A DNA stretch of 22,802 bases, taken from contig JACPTC010000064.1 of NCBI GenBank assembly GCA_016192985.1, positions 1-22,802 on the forward strand, written 5' to 3'. A program made the position numbers and the translations under genes. This DNA is from Candidatus Woesearchaeota archaeon (GTDB taxonomy: Archaea; Nanobdellota; Nanobdellia; Woesearchaeales; GW2011-AR4). Of this stretch, positions 8,135-16,945 are shown piece after piece; within the stretch, counting starts at the first letter, position 1; every line of letters begins with the position of its first letter. The notes beneath the pieces are model-generated. The model saw only the letters and a program-made list of their open reading frames with translations. It did no database searches and was not told the origin of the DNA.

Positions 8135-8773
8135 ATGCAATTAACAATACCTTCTAGAAAGAACGTAAAAGAAACTAACGAAGGCGACCCGCTCAAATAT
8201 TATTATGTTCCCATTATAAGGTACCCTTTTCTTCTTAGGCTAAAAAACGCCGTTGATTTGCTTGACACTAAAAAGTATGACAAATTGCTGGACTTAGGGT
8301 GTGGTTCGGGCATCTTTCTGCCGGAATTAAGCAAGCATACAAATAACCTTTATGCCACAGATATGCATAATAATATGAAAGATGTTAAGAGGATGGCGAA
8401 AAATGAAGGAGTCAAAGTTAAACTTTTTCATAGCAATATACTCAAAGGCAGTTTTATAAAAGAAAAATTTGATGCAATTGTTTGTGTTAGTGTATTAGAG
8501 CACTTAGACAGGCTGGATATCGCACTTGACAACATCAATAAAATTCTTAAAGATGACGGCGTTGCGGTATTTGGCTTTCCTTCAAATAATTTCATTGTCG
8601 ATACTGCATTAAAGCTTCTTTGCTGGAATATAGAAGAGCATCATGTATCTTCGCACCAGAATATTTTAAAGGCAATTCAAAACAAGATGAATATAGTGCA
8701 ATTTAATAATATACCAAATATAAAAAATCCAAAAAGAGCCATATACATAGTATGCAAATGTGTAAAGAAATAG
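8135..8773 (+). CDS. Class I SAM-dependent methyltransferase
   Basis: Motif I is KLLDLGCGSGIF and the post-I acidic residue lies in LYATDM. FDAIVCVSVLEHL is typical of the Methyltransf_11-type fold. Confidence 0.8.
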   Translation: MQLTIPSRKNVKETNEGDPLKYYYVPIIRYPFLLRLKNAVDLLDTKKYDKLLDLGCGSGIFLPELSKHTNNLYATDMHNNMKDVKRMAKNEGVKVKLFHSNILKGSFIKEKFDAIVCVSVLEHLDRLDIALDNINKILKDDGVAVFGFPSNNFIVDTALKLLCWNIEEHHVSSHQNILKAIQNKMNIVQFNNIPNIKNPKRAIYIVCKCVKK

Positions 8774-8781
8774 CATTTGGA

Positions 8782-10470
8782 TTAGTGGTCAGTCACGACT
8801 AAGTAAATATCAAAATTCTCAAGCTTTGCGTCTGATATGGAGTATGGCAAAAACCCTCCGCCATAAGTGTAAAATCCTGCATGCGCCCGACCATTTTGAG
8901 TTCTTATTGGCAAAGACCCATCATAACTTACAGTTTCAAGCAACACTGTTCTTTTCTTGAGTTCTGATATCATTTTTCTTGGAGACGGGATTCTGGCTTT
9001 TGCTATTATATCCCCTTTTTTTGGCTCATTGCTTCCTATAAGCAGAACTTTATAATTTTTATTTTCCATGTAATACTGAAAACCATAGTGGCCCAAGAAC
9101 CATACAGTATTGTTGCTTGATTTGTATTTGTCCGCTACATTATAGGCAAAATCCTTATAAACTGTTGCAAAATTAAAATCCGCTAATGCCACAACAATTC
9201 CTGTAGCCATTGTTGCGAAGAGCATAATCAAGAGAATTGGTATTTTTTTGAGCTTATATCTTTCTGCATATTTGTCAAATAATTTCATATAGACCAATAC
9301 CAATGGCGGCAGGAACAAAGTGTTGTATTTCACTGAACCGCCTGATATGAAACCGCTGTTGAATATATAGACACCAAAAAACCAGATCAATAAAAAGAAT
9401 GTGTTCGAGTCACATCTTGAGTTTCTGAATGACAAAGTAGATTTTATGCAGGGTGTAATTTTATTGCAATATTCTGCTATCACTGCCAAAATAAAAAATG
9501 CCGAACTTGCAACAAAAACAGTAAACATCATCAGCTGGGGAATAGTGTATTGTCCTGAAATGAAATTCTCCGAGACTTGGTATAGCAGAAACGCCATTAC
9601 TACTGTTATAGAGACACAAGCTGCCAATAACATCCAGTTTCTTTTCTTGTATAAAAAAGGGTACAAAAAGAAGAATGTAAAAATAGTGGCGCCTCCGATG
9701 TAGCTTAGATTGGCTATAAAGTAAGCCACGTAAATTTCCATGCCTCCTGCAGATTGTTTTAATTGAAATAAAAACGGTATGTATCCCAAAATCAAGACGT
9801 CGTTTTGAAAAAAATAGTTATGGATTGAAAATAATGTAATCATGGCAATCGGAACAAGCGTATACGCTGTATATCTTGGCTTTTTTTTCAAGATTGCATA
9901 AAGCGCAAGCAAAGGTATTATCACTATTGCATTGGGCTTTGTAAGATAGGCGAGACCTGCTGCAAAACCTCCCAAGAACATAAGCTTATGATTTGATTTG
10001 TCAGTTCCGTATATAAAAAGTGCCGTAGCCAATAAAAACATGGAAATCATAGGAACATCTGGCATGATATTATGCGACATTACCAAATATGTGGGCGTTG
10101 ACACCATAATAAGCGTAGGTATAAGCGCATTGATTAGAAATTTTTTAGCCAAGAAATAAAAAGATATTCCAGCTAGAATTTTAAATATGATAAACGATAA
10201 GTGCACGGTTATTTCTGACTTTCCAAATAAGACAAATATCAGTGCAGCATAATAAGAAACTAGAGGCGTGTCGTCAATGTGTGATGCTTGTCCGCTTTGA
10301 GAAGACCATTCAAAATTGAATGAGTATGGCCTTAAAGGATCTTTAGTTATTTGCTCAGCAACGTACATGAAGGGGGTGTCATCAACATGATATGGCTTTG
10401 ATATAAAAGGCAGGGACAAAATTATGGATAATAGGGTTATTATAAGAATTGCTGATTTTTCACTCGCCAT
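8782..10470 (-). CDS. Second polytopic GT-C-fold glycosyltransferase (PMT/ArnT-like)
   Basis: The protein has many TM segments. The N-terminal loop carries YHVDDTPFMY and HIDDTPLVSYY acidic motifs. The soluble C-terminal domain is about 130 aa. Confidence 0.65.
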   Translation of the reverse strand: MASEKSAILIITLLSIILSLPFISKPYHVDDTPFMYVAEQITKDPLRPYSFNFEWSSQSGQASHIDDTPLVSYYAALIFVLFGKSEITVHLSFIIFKILAGISFYFLAKKFLINALIPTLIMVSTPTYLVMSHNIMPDVPMISMFLLATALFIYGTDKSNHKLMFLGGFAAGLAYLTKPNAIVIIPLLALYAILKKKPRYTAYTLVPIAMITLFSIHNYFFQNDVLILGYIPFLFQLKQSAGGMEIYVAYFIANLSYIGGATIFTFFFLYPFLYKKRNWMLLAACVSITVVMAFLLYQVSENFISGQYTIPQLMMFTVFVASSAFFILAVIAEYCNKITPCIKSTLSFRNSRCDSNTFFLLIWFFGVYIFNSGFISGGSVKYNTLFLPPLVLVYMKLFDKYAERYKLKKIPILLIMLFATMATGIVVALADFNFATVYKDFAYNVADKYKSSNNTVWFLGHYGFQYYMENKNYKVLLIGSNEPKKGDIIAKARIPSPRKMISELKKRTVLLETVSYDGSLPIRTQNGRAHAGFYTYGGGFLPYSISDAKLENFDIYLVVTDH

Positions 10471-10488
10471 AATTTATCCTTTCATGGA

Positions 10489-11220
10489 TTATTGTGCCTT
10501 TACGATTTTTTGTCTTTTATTAATATCCATCCTTAGCCTAATCAATCCCATAAGCTCGTGCAACACAATCTTTGGTATAGACTTTAAAGGAAAAACATTT
10601 GTCTTGCCGTCAAATCTTTTAAAATGCCTCACAGGAACTTCGAGTATTTTGTAGCCTTTATACTTTGCCCTTATAACAAACTCTGACGTAAAAAACATAA
10701 GCCTGCCTATGCTTGGCAGTATATCTTCAACAGCACTCTTCTTGAATAACCTAAAACCCGTATCAGTGTCGTACAACCTCAGTCTTGGAAACATCACTCT
10801 TGCCAAAATATTAAACCCTCTCGAAAGTATAATTCTATGGAAAGGGTCTTTTCTCTTGAGCTTTCTTCCAAGGATTATATCATATATTCCAGTATGTTCA
10901 TATAATTTCCAGAAATCTGGGGGAGCAAACTGGTAGTCAGAATCAACAAGAAATATCCACTCGTATTTTGCATGTTTAATCACATCTATTATAGCTTTTT
11001 GGTAGCCTTTTCTCTTTGAACTCATAAAAAGGACCAAAGGCATTTCTCTTTTCATGCGCTTAAGGATATGCCTTGTATTATCTGTACTTCCATCTTCAGC
11101 TATTATAATTTCAAAGTCTATTTTCCCTTTGAACTCATTATAATAATCATTGATGCTTTTTCCAATAGTCATCTCCTCGTTGTGTACCGGTATGACAACA
11201 GAAATTTTCGGGGTGTTCAT
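10489..11220 (-). CDS. GT2 glycosyltransferase, dolichyl/polyprenyl-phosphate sugar synthase-like
   Basis: [11 protein letters not shown]...[18 protein letters not shown] (DxD) and [11 protein letters not shown] match the GT2 DPM1/GtrB-like pattern. Its start overlaps the fcl stop as ATGA. Confidence 0.85.
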   Translation of the reverse strand: MNTPKISVVIPVHNEEMTIGKSINDYYNEFKGKIDFEIIIAEDGSTDNTRHILKRMKREMPLVLFMSSKRKGYQKAIIDVIKHAKYEWIFLVDSDYQFAPPDFWKLYEHTGIYDIILGRKLKRKDPFHRIILSRGFNILARVMFPRLRLYDTDTGFRLFKKSAVEDILPSIGRLMFFTSEFVIRAKYKGYKILEVPVRHFKRFDGKTNVFPLKSIPKIVLHELMGLIRLRMDINKRQKIVKAQ

Positions 11221-12170
11221 AAGTTATCTTTTTTATAGTTTATCTTATACCACTCAATTGTTTTTTTCAGCCCTTCTTCAAGGCTTGTGCTGGCTTGAAA
11301 ATCAAACTCCTTTCTTGCTTTATCAACATTCAGGCACCTCCTTGGCTGGCCGTCCGGCTTTGTATTGTCCCAGATTATGCTGCCTTTGAAGTCAGCTAGC
11401 CTTGCTATCAGCTGAACAAGATTTTTTATGGAAATTTCCCTGCCTGTGCCCAAATTAACAGGGTCGCTTTTGTCGTATCTGATTGCGGCAAGCACAATCC
11501 CTTCTGCAGCATCTTCAACGTAAAGAAACTCCCTTGTGGGATTTCCTGTGCCCCACACAACAAGGTCTTTTCCATTGTTTTTGGCATCAAACACCTTTCT
11601 TATGATTGCAGGTATCACGTGAGATGTTCTCAAATCAAGATTGTCGAATGGCCCGTACATGTTGGCAGGCAGCAGGAATATAGAATTAAAACCGTATTGC
11701 TTCCTGTATGCCTGCGACTGCACAAGAAACATTTTTTTTGCAAGCCCGTAAGCGGCATTTGTCTCTTCAGGATAGCCGTTCCATAAATCCTCTTCCTTAA
11801 ATGGAATATCGATTATTTTTGGGTATGCGCAGACAGTTCCAATAGCGACAAACTTCTCAACATTGGCTTTTCTTGCTTCTTCCATGAGCTGCACGCCCAT
11901 GATTATGTTGTTGTAAAAAAGCTCGCCTGGAATTTCTTGATTCAAGCCTATGCCTCCAACCTTAGCTGCAAGATGTATCACAATATCTTTATCCTTGACA
12001 ACCCTTCTGCACGCTTCTTTCTCCCTTAAATCGTCTGCTTTTGAGCTTGGAACTATTATATTAGCTTCTGAAGCGCCATGCTCCATAAGTTTTTTATGCA
12101 CAAACTTGCCTACAAATCCCTTGCCGCCTGTAAGGAGAATTTTTTTATTCCTTAGATTAATATCTGGCAT
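11217..12170 (-). CDS. fcl: GDP-L-fucose synthase (GDP-4-keto-6-deoxy-D-mannose 3,5-epimerase/4-reductase), SDR family
   Basis: The Rossmann motif is [13 protein letters not shown]. It is followed by [47 protein letters not shown] (the YxxxK catalytic pair) and [18 protein letters not shown]. These closely follow the Fcl/WcaG family pattern. Confidence 0.85.
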   Translation of the reverse strand: MPDINLRNKKILLTGGKGFVGKFVHKKLMEHGASEANIIVPSSKADDLREKEACRRVVKDKDIVIHLAAKVGGIGLNQEIPGELFYNNIIMGVQLMEEARKANVEKFVAIGTVCAYPKIIDIPFKEEDLWNGYPEETNAAYGLAKKMFLVQSQAYRKQYGFNSIFLLPANMYGPFDNLDLRTSHVIPAIIRKVFDAKNNGKDLVVWGTGNPTREFLYVEDAAEGIVLAAIRYDKSDPVNLGTGREISIKNLVQLIARLADFKGSIIWDNTKPDGQPRRCLNVDKARKEFDFQASTSLEEGLKKTIEWYKINYKKDNL

Positions 12171-12235
12171 TTTTACTCCATCTGTAATATAAAATATATT
12201 AATGCCAAAGAAATTAAGAGGATATTTAAAACTTA

Positions 12236-13282
12236 CTAAGCAGGACAGTCTGGATGTTGGTTGTGCAATTCTATTATCTTGTTGATTTTATCTTGAGGGA
12301 TTTTGTTATGCGGCTTTTGAAGATTGTTTCTCCATTCTTTTAAGCCGTCAAAATCTTCATAAAGATTCATCATTCTTAAGAATTTGTTGTACTTTTCAGG
12401 GCTTAAAGTCATTAATTGTTGTTTTAATAACTTTAGATTGTTTTCTTTTTTCGATATGATTATTGATTTAAAATCACCATTTTGAATTGAATTTATGCCT
12501 AACCTTTTCAAGCATTGTTGGAATAATAATCTTTCATTCGGGTCTTTTGCTGTTATGAAAACTCTGTATCTCTTATCAGGAATATACACTTCTACATTTG
12601 ATTCTCCAGCTATTATACCTTTCATAAACCATCTAACCTCATTATCATTAAATTCAAGAATTTTATAAAAGATATTTTTAATAAAACTTTTTAATATTTG
12701 ACTAAATAAGTTAGAGCCCATCTCAATTATCAATGTTCCATAATCATAAAATCCTACTTGTATATTTTTAGTATTCTTAATGTAGCTAACCTTTTTAGGA
12801 TAAGACCACTCCAGAGATAATCCAATTTTAGAAATCCAATAATCAATGACTTTGTTTTCTACTTCTTTTTTATAATTTTCATCAGAAGGTTCGTTAATGT
12901 TGACTTTTATGTACCATTTCCAAGAATCTTTTGGTAAATCAAATTCTTTTTCAAACCATTCCATGACTTTTTTGACTAATCTGTATTCATGGTTACAGAA
13001 TACAACTTTACCATCATGCTGTTTTCCCATTTCAGCTTGCAATAATCCCAGAACTTCAAAAGTTTCCTGATTTCTTCTTACATATTTTGGGAGCAATAAT
13101 TCATATTTTTTCTTGCCAACAAGTCCTGTATGGTTATGCAGTTCGGTAAAATAAGATAATTTTATGTAATTGCCATTTTCTTCTCTATTTAAATCAAAAC
13201 TTTTTTCTGGAAAATTCTTACAGATAACTCTACTTGGAATAAATTCTTCCAAACAAATTTTTTGATTTCTATATGAGTTCAT
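12236..13282 (-). CDS. Free-standing LAGLIDADG-like (double-motif) homing endonuclease candidate
   Basis: There are two LAGLIDADG-like helices: [13 protein letters not shown] followed by VVFCN (about residues 75-95), and [18 protein letters not shown] (about 217-233). The second is followed by the typical ...[22 protein letters not shown] segment. The gene is much more AT-rich than its neighbours. Confidence 0.55.
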   Translation of the reverse strand: MNSYRNQKICLEEFIPSRVICKNFPEKSFDLNREENGNYIKLSYFTELHNHTGLVGKKKYELLLPKYVRRNQETFEVLGLLQAEMGKQHDGKVVFCNHEYRLVKKVMEWFEKEFDLPKDSWKWYIKVNINEPSDENYKKEVENKVIDYWISKIGLSLEWSYPKKVSYIKNTKNIQVGFYDYGTLIIEMGSNLFSQILKSFIKNIFYKILEFNDNEVRWFMKGIIAGESNVEVYIPDKRYRVFITAKDPNERLLFQQCLKRLGINSIQNGDFKSIIISKKENNLKLLKQQLMTLSPEKYNKFLRMMNLYEDFDGLKEWRNNLQKPHNKIPQDKINKIIELHNQHPDCPA

Positions 13283-13537
13283 TTTTAATCATCGAGTTTC
13301 CTTGGTTGAGACTGCGTAAATGATTTTGGTTTAAGTACTTCACGTCGGGAGATGTCCAGTGCCCATTGCTACTTCAAAATATATATTAGAAAACCAAAAT
13401 CATAATTTGGCAGTCGAAACATGTTTGAGGTGATTAAAAATAACGAGCTATCAAAAAATTTGTAGAATTTCTTTTATAAGTTTAAGAATTTTCAGCAGCA
13501 GCCAAAGGATAATTAAGAAAAAATATTTGTTACTACT

Positions 13538-13942
13538 CTAGCGGTACGATTTTTGCACTTTTGCCCTAGCCTGCCCATGCCTGTTCGGTTTTGCAGGTTC
13601 TTTTCTCCTAATATCCGCTACAAGCAAGTTTCTATCATAACTCAAGAAAATCTCCTTTAATTTATCGCTTTTTGTATAATTTATCAAGGCTTTGGCTACT
13701 GCAAGTCTCAGCGCTTCTGCCTGACTTGTGATGCCCCCTCCAACAACTTTGACATCAATATCCACTTTGTTTGCAATGTCCCCTGCCAGAATCAAAGGCT
13801 CCATTAACTTAAGCCTTGAAATTTTTGGGCTAACAAATTCAAGCGGTATGTTGTTTACCCTCACAAAGCCACTCCCCTGTCTTAATGTGGCTCTTGCAAT
13901 TGCAGTTTTCCTTTTTCCAGAGGCATTAATCATTTTTGTCAT
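13538..13942 (-). CDS. rps9: 30S ribosomal protein S9 (uS9)
   Basis: GKRKTAIARA...GGGITSQAEALRLAVAKAL...RRKEPAKPNRHGQARAKVQKSYR is an unmistakable uS9 sequence with the C-terminal KSYR. Confidence 0.95.
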   Translation of the reverse strand: MTKMINASGKRKTAIARATLRQGSGFVRVNNIPLEFVSPKISRLKLMEPLILAGDIANKVDIDVKVVGGGITSQAEALRLAVAKALINYTKSDKLKEIFLSYDRNLLVADIRRKEPAKPNRHGQARAKVQKSYR

Positions 13943-14361
13943 TTCCCACCTACAGCCCTGCAGATATCTCTCACTTTGATATAGTCTGTCGACTGCAATT
14001 TTTTAGCTTCAGAGTTTTCCATAACAATTGGTTTTTCATTTATTAAGTTGTCAGGAATGCCTACGTAGCACTTAACATTTTTAAAAGCCTCTCTGCCTCG
14101 CGCCATCTTGAACGGAAGCATACCTCTTATTGTTCTTTTAACCAGCAAATCAGGCTTTTTATAAAAAAATGGAGCCTTTCCCGGGGCTTTTCTATGAAGC
14201 TTGGTTTTATACACCCCCAAAATAGCTTGCTTTTTCCCGCTTACAACACATTCTTCACAATTTATCACATGCACTTTGTTGCCTAGCAAAGCCTGTTTTG
14301 CAACAAAGCTGCTAAGCCTTCCCAAAATCGCATCTTTTGCTTCTACTATCATTTTAACCAA
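13939..14361 (-). CDS. rpl13: 50S ribosomal protein L13 (uL13)
   Basis: ILGRLSSFVAKQALLGNKVHVINCEECVVSG...KRTIRGMLPFKMARGREAFKNVKCYVGIP matches archaeal uL13. It overlaps S9 by 4 nt. Confidence 0.9.
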   Translation of the reverse strand: MVKMIVEAKDAILGRLSSFVAKQALLGNKVHVINCEECVVSGKKQAILGVYKTKLHRKAPGKAPFFYKKPDLLVKRTIRGMLPFKMARGREAFKNVKCYVGIPDNLINEKPIVMENSEAKKLQSTDYIKVRDICRAVGGK

Positions 14362-14719
14362 TTATCCTTATTCCTTTTCCGCTTGGATTTTCTCTGCTCA
14401 ATTCCAGCAATGGGATTATTTTTGCACCTGCTTTCTCAATCTTTTCTTTTGCCCCATCTGAAAATTGAAATGCGGATATTGTAAGCCTGTGATTCAGGTT
14501 GCCTGCGCCAAGAACTTTTCCAGGCACCACCACAATCTCATTCTCTTTTGTGTACCTGCTTATGCTTGATAAATTGACAACTCTTCTCTGCCTTGTGGGC
14601 TTTTCTAGGTCACTCGCAATCCTTTTCCACAAATTTACAGAATGCTCATTGCTTCTCTTTTTTAATTCATGGACCAATCCTTGTAATAGCGGATTTGTCG
14701 GTCCTGTTCTGTTTGCCAT
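14354..14719 (-). CDS. rpl18e: 50S ribosomal protein L18e (eL18)
   Basis: PTNPLLQGLVHELKK...LWKRIASDLEKPTRQRRVVNLSSISRYT...VVVPGKVLGAG matches the archaeal eL18 pattern, and the gene holds the conserved position before L13. Confidence 0.85.
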   Translation of the reverse strand: MANRTGPTNPLLQGLVHELKKRSNEHSVNLWKRIASDLEKPTRQRRVVNLSSISRYTKENEIVVVPGKVLGAGNLNHRLTISAFQFSDGAKEKIEKAGAKIIPLLELSRENPSGKGIRIIG

Positions 14720-14744
14720 TTTAATATTTTAATGATTTTTATTT

Positions 14745-15575
14745 TTATAATGCGGGGGAAGGGATTCGAACCCTCGCAGCCACTAAGGCATACGGTTTTT
14801 GCTTAGCGACCTCAACCGTATTCATTTGACCGGGCTCTGACACCCCCGCACTGAGTATGTTAGCACTTCCTTTAAGGATTTCATATCTCTGTTTGAGTGT
14901 AGTGCGAGGTGGACAGAATCCAAATCTCTTCCAAATCTCAAATTTAGTAATGTGCTTTGGATTATTTGAATCAATTAGTTTGAAGTATTTGATTACATTT
15001 TCTCCATCAATTTGTACCCTATTCAGATTATTCCAATTTTCAACCTTTTGTTTATATGATTTAACTATTATATTTTTAATTTCAAATTCTTTTAATATCT
15101 TACTTACTTCACTAATCAGTTCTTTAGATATGCTACTGATACTAATTCGTATTTTCTTGTAACTCTTTTTCTTGTTTGTGATACAATAAACTGTCCCGTC
15201 TGTATCAAAATGACCCCTCAAAAATCCTTTCATAAACTCCTTCTTTTCTAAAACCCATTCAGGAATTTTTAATTCTTGTTTTATACCTACTGGAACACCG
15301 AGCGAAACTAAGTAATTACAAATTTCTTTATTTTCTGTGCTAATTCCATAATAGGGCTTCTTACCTTTATACATTGTTGTAGGGATTTTAGCAATCATTT
15401 CATCAAATAATAGTTTAACATAATTATCATAATGTTCTCTATCTTCAATTATATGGCCCCTCATCTGAAATCTTAATTTTCCTCTATTTTTTCCGGAGTG
15501 CCTTCTTGTTAAGCTTCCATCTCCAAAACATAAACCTACAATTTCTGCTGTTTTTTCGTTTCTTATTACTTCCAT
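14745..15575 (-). CDS. LAGLIDADG homing endonuclease (double-motif); the ORF runs in frame through the whole tRNA-Leu gene
   Basis: The two motifs are IVGLCFGDGSL (about residues 12-22) and FMKGFLRGHFDTDGTVY (about 114-130), roughly 100 aa apart. A strong SD (GTGGAGGTATCAAAATG) precedes the start. The last 34 codons (14849-14748) are the tRNA sequence itself and the stop TAA lies 3 nt past the tRNA end. The true C-terminus is therefore uncertain. Confidence 0.8.
   Translation of the reverse strand: MEVIRNEKTAEIVGLCFGDGSLTRRHSGKNRGKLRFQMRGHIIEDREHYDNYVKLLFDEMIAKIPTTMYKGKKPYYGISTENKEICNYLVSLGVPVGIKQELKIPEWVLEKKEFMKGFLRGHFDTDGTVYCITNKKKSYKKIRISISSISKELISEVSKILKEFEIKNIIVKSYKQKVENWNNLNRVQIDGENVIKYFKLIDSNNPKHITKFEIWKRFGFCPPRTTLKQRYEILKGSANILSAGVSEPGQMNTVEVAKQKPYALVAARVRIPSPAL
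14751..14849 (-). tRNA. tRNA-Leu(GAG), class II (long variable arm), with a predicted ~13-nt intron 3' of position 37; no encoded CCA
   Basis: Folded by hand on the minus strand. The acceptor GCGGGGG pairs with CCCCCGC, with discriminator A. The D arm is TCA-GAGCCCGGTCAAA-TGA. The anticodon stem TACGG/CCGTA encloses TTGAGG + TCGCTAAGCAAAA + A, giving U33, anticodon GAG and G37. The variable arm is GCC-TTAGT-GGC and the T arm is GAGGG-TTCGAAT-CCCTT. Confidence 0.85.
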
Positions 15576-15702
15576 TTTGATACCTCCACAACTATTAAGT
15601 CGTAGAGTTTAATTATGATTTTTGAGCCATATATTTTTAGGCTTACCGTAGCCGACATTGCAAAGCAAGGGAAAAACATAATGAACGAAAAGTCTCCTTT
15701 TA

Positions 15703-15716
15703 TCTGCCACCCCCGC
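15703..15716 (-). repeat. 13/14-nt duplicate of the tRNA-Leu 5' end, forming a hairpin just after the rpoD stop
   Basis: The minus strand reads GCGGGGGTGGCAGA here and GCGGGGGTGTCAGA at 14849-14836, 867 bp apart and bracketing the endonuclease gene. Its first 5 nt pair with the upstream CCCGC (+ strand CCCGC-ATAA-GCGGG, 15712-15725). Confidence 0.6.
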
Positions 15717-15740
15717 ATAAGCGGGACAAATTATATTAAG

Positions 15741-16535
15741 CTATTTAGCTTTCTTTAACTCTTCTACAAACTCGTTAAGCATCTCATCAAAAATGTCAAT
15801 TGCCTTATTTACCATCTCCTTGCAGCTTAACTGACCAAATGATTCAATGTAAAACACAAAATCTGTATCGCTTGCAGTAACTTTGACATTTTTATCTATC
15901 TCTGAAAAGTTCAACGACAAATCGCAGTCAAGCACTTTGTCTTTGTTTATTGCCAGCTTTCTGTCCCTTATCTCAAAAATATTGTTGTGGTCTACCTCTA
16001 TTATAGATTCAGGATTTTTTACTTCGCCGGTGATTTCTATAATCGGCCTGTATTTGTAATAAACATGGCCTGGGCTCCATTTGATATGGTCTTTTCCTTT
16101 TCCCAAAACTGAAGTAGCCTCAAGTTCAAGAGACTGGCCTTTCAGAAGCTTTACAATAGGTATATTGCCATAAACCGGCTTCACAGCTGGATCTTTGCTT
16201 TTAATCTCAGAAGCATAAACACTGCCAATTTTTGTTGTTTTCAGCACCATCTTCAGCTGGCATCTATTGCAGCCCTTGCCTTCGCATTTGCATTTTTTAG
16301 GTATATTGTAGGATTTTAAGTCTGTCTTTAATGGAATTAACCCAAGCCTGTGCGCTACCATCTCATCGTAAAGTACAGAGTTGTTCTTTATAAACTCAAC
16401 ATCCTCAACAGCCATTGTAGGAACCTCGTCAAGGATAAGCCTTCTTAGTGTGTTCGCATAGACTGAATTAGAGTCTTTCAAAATAAAAGACAATTTGCCT
16501 TCATCCTTATTGTTGTCAAGAACCCTTATTTCCAT
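15741..16535 (-). CDS. rpoD: DNA-directed RNA polymerase subunit D (Rpo3)
   Basis: ANTLRRLILDEVPTMAVEDVEFIKNNSVLYDEMVAHRLGLIPLK plus the Cys cluster CKCEGKGCNRC match the archaeal subunit D. I start at ATG 16535 (MEIRVL), preceded by GAGGAGGCTAAA. The track's 16592 start would overlap S11 by 47 nt. Confidence 0.9.
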   Translation of the reverse strand: MEIRVLDNNKDEGKLSFILKDSNSVYANTLRRLILDEVPTMAVEDVEFIKNNSVLYDEMVAHRLGLIPLKTDLKSYNIPKKCKCEGKGCNRCQLKMVLKTTKIGSVYASEIKSKDPAVKPVYGNIPIVKLLKGQSLELEATSVLGKGKDHIKWSPGHVYYKYRPIIEITGEVKNPESIIEVDHNNIFEIRDRKLAINKDKVLDCDLSLNFSEIDKNVKVTASDTDFVFYIESFGQLSCKEMVNKAIDIFDEMLNEFVEELKKAK

Positions 16536-16545
16536 TTTAGCCTCC

Positions 16546-16944
16546 TCAAACGCGCCTTCCTCTTTTGCCGCCTTTCTTTCTGCAACCGTCATGCGGCAAT
16601 GGCGTAACTTCCTCTATAATCCCAATCCTAAGCCCCATTCTTGATAAAGCTCTTATCGCTGCTTGTGCACCTGGGCCTGGGCTTGTAGGGCCATTGTGCC
16701 CGCCTGGCGCTTTTATCTTAACATGAATGCCAGTTATACCCTTGTCCATGGCAATTTCAGCCGCTTTTTTTGCAGCAATCATTGCAGCTGTGGGAGAGCC
16801 TTCCATACGGTCGCTCTTTACAACCATTCCTCCTGAGCCAACAGCTATTGTTTCTGTGCCAGTTATGTCAGTGATGTGGATAATTGTGTTGTTGTATGAC
16901 GCATAGATATGTGCAATTCCCCACCTTTGCTGCCTTTGTTCCAT
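16546..16944 (-). CDS. rps11: 30S ribosomal protein S11 (uS11)
   Basis: [26 protein letters not shown]...[11 protein letters not shown] is the uS11 signature. Confidence 0.95.
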   Translation of the reverse strand: MEQRQQRWGIAHIYASYNNTIIHITDITGTETIAVGSGGMVVKSDRMEGSPTAAMIAAKKAAEIAMDKGITGIHVKIKAPGGHNGPTSPGPGAQAAIRALSRMGLRIGIIEEVTPLPHDGCRKKGGKRGRRV

Positions 16945-16945
16945 T

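Noticed and set aside
12236-15740. The two endonuclease genes might reside in group I or archaeal bulge-helix-bulge introns of a host gene.
   Set aside because: The flanking protein genes (S9, fcl, rpoD, L18e) are all intact and uninterrupted, and the tRNA is complete downstream of the endonuclease gene. I could not identify group I P-helices or a convincing BHB at the cassette ends by eye. The free-standing or duplication-flanked interpretation is therefore preferred, pending RNA data.
16536-16592. The N-terminal extension of RpoD ([19 protein letters not shown]), which overlaps the S11 gene by 47 nt.
   Set aside because: The internal ATG at 16535 is preceded by a strong GAGGAGG Shine-Dalgarno sequence and starts at the conserved MEIRVL-type N-terminus. 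Every other junction in this operon is a 1-10 nt gap or a 4-8 nt overlap.
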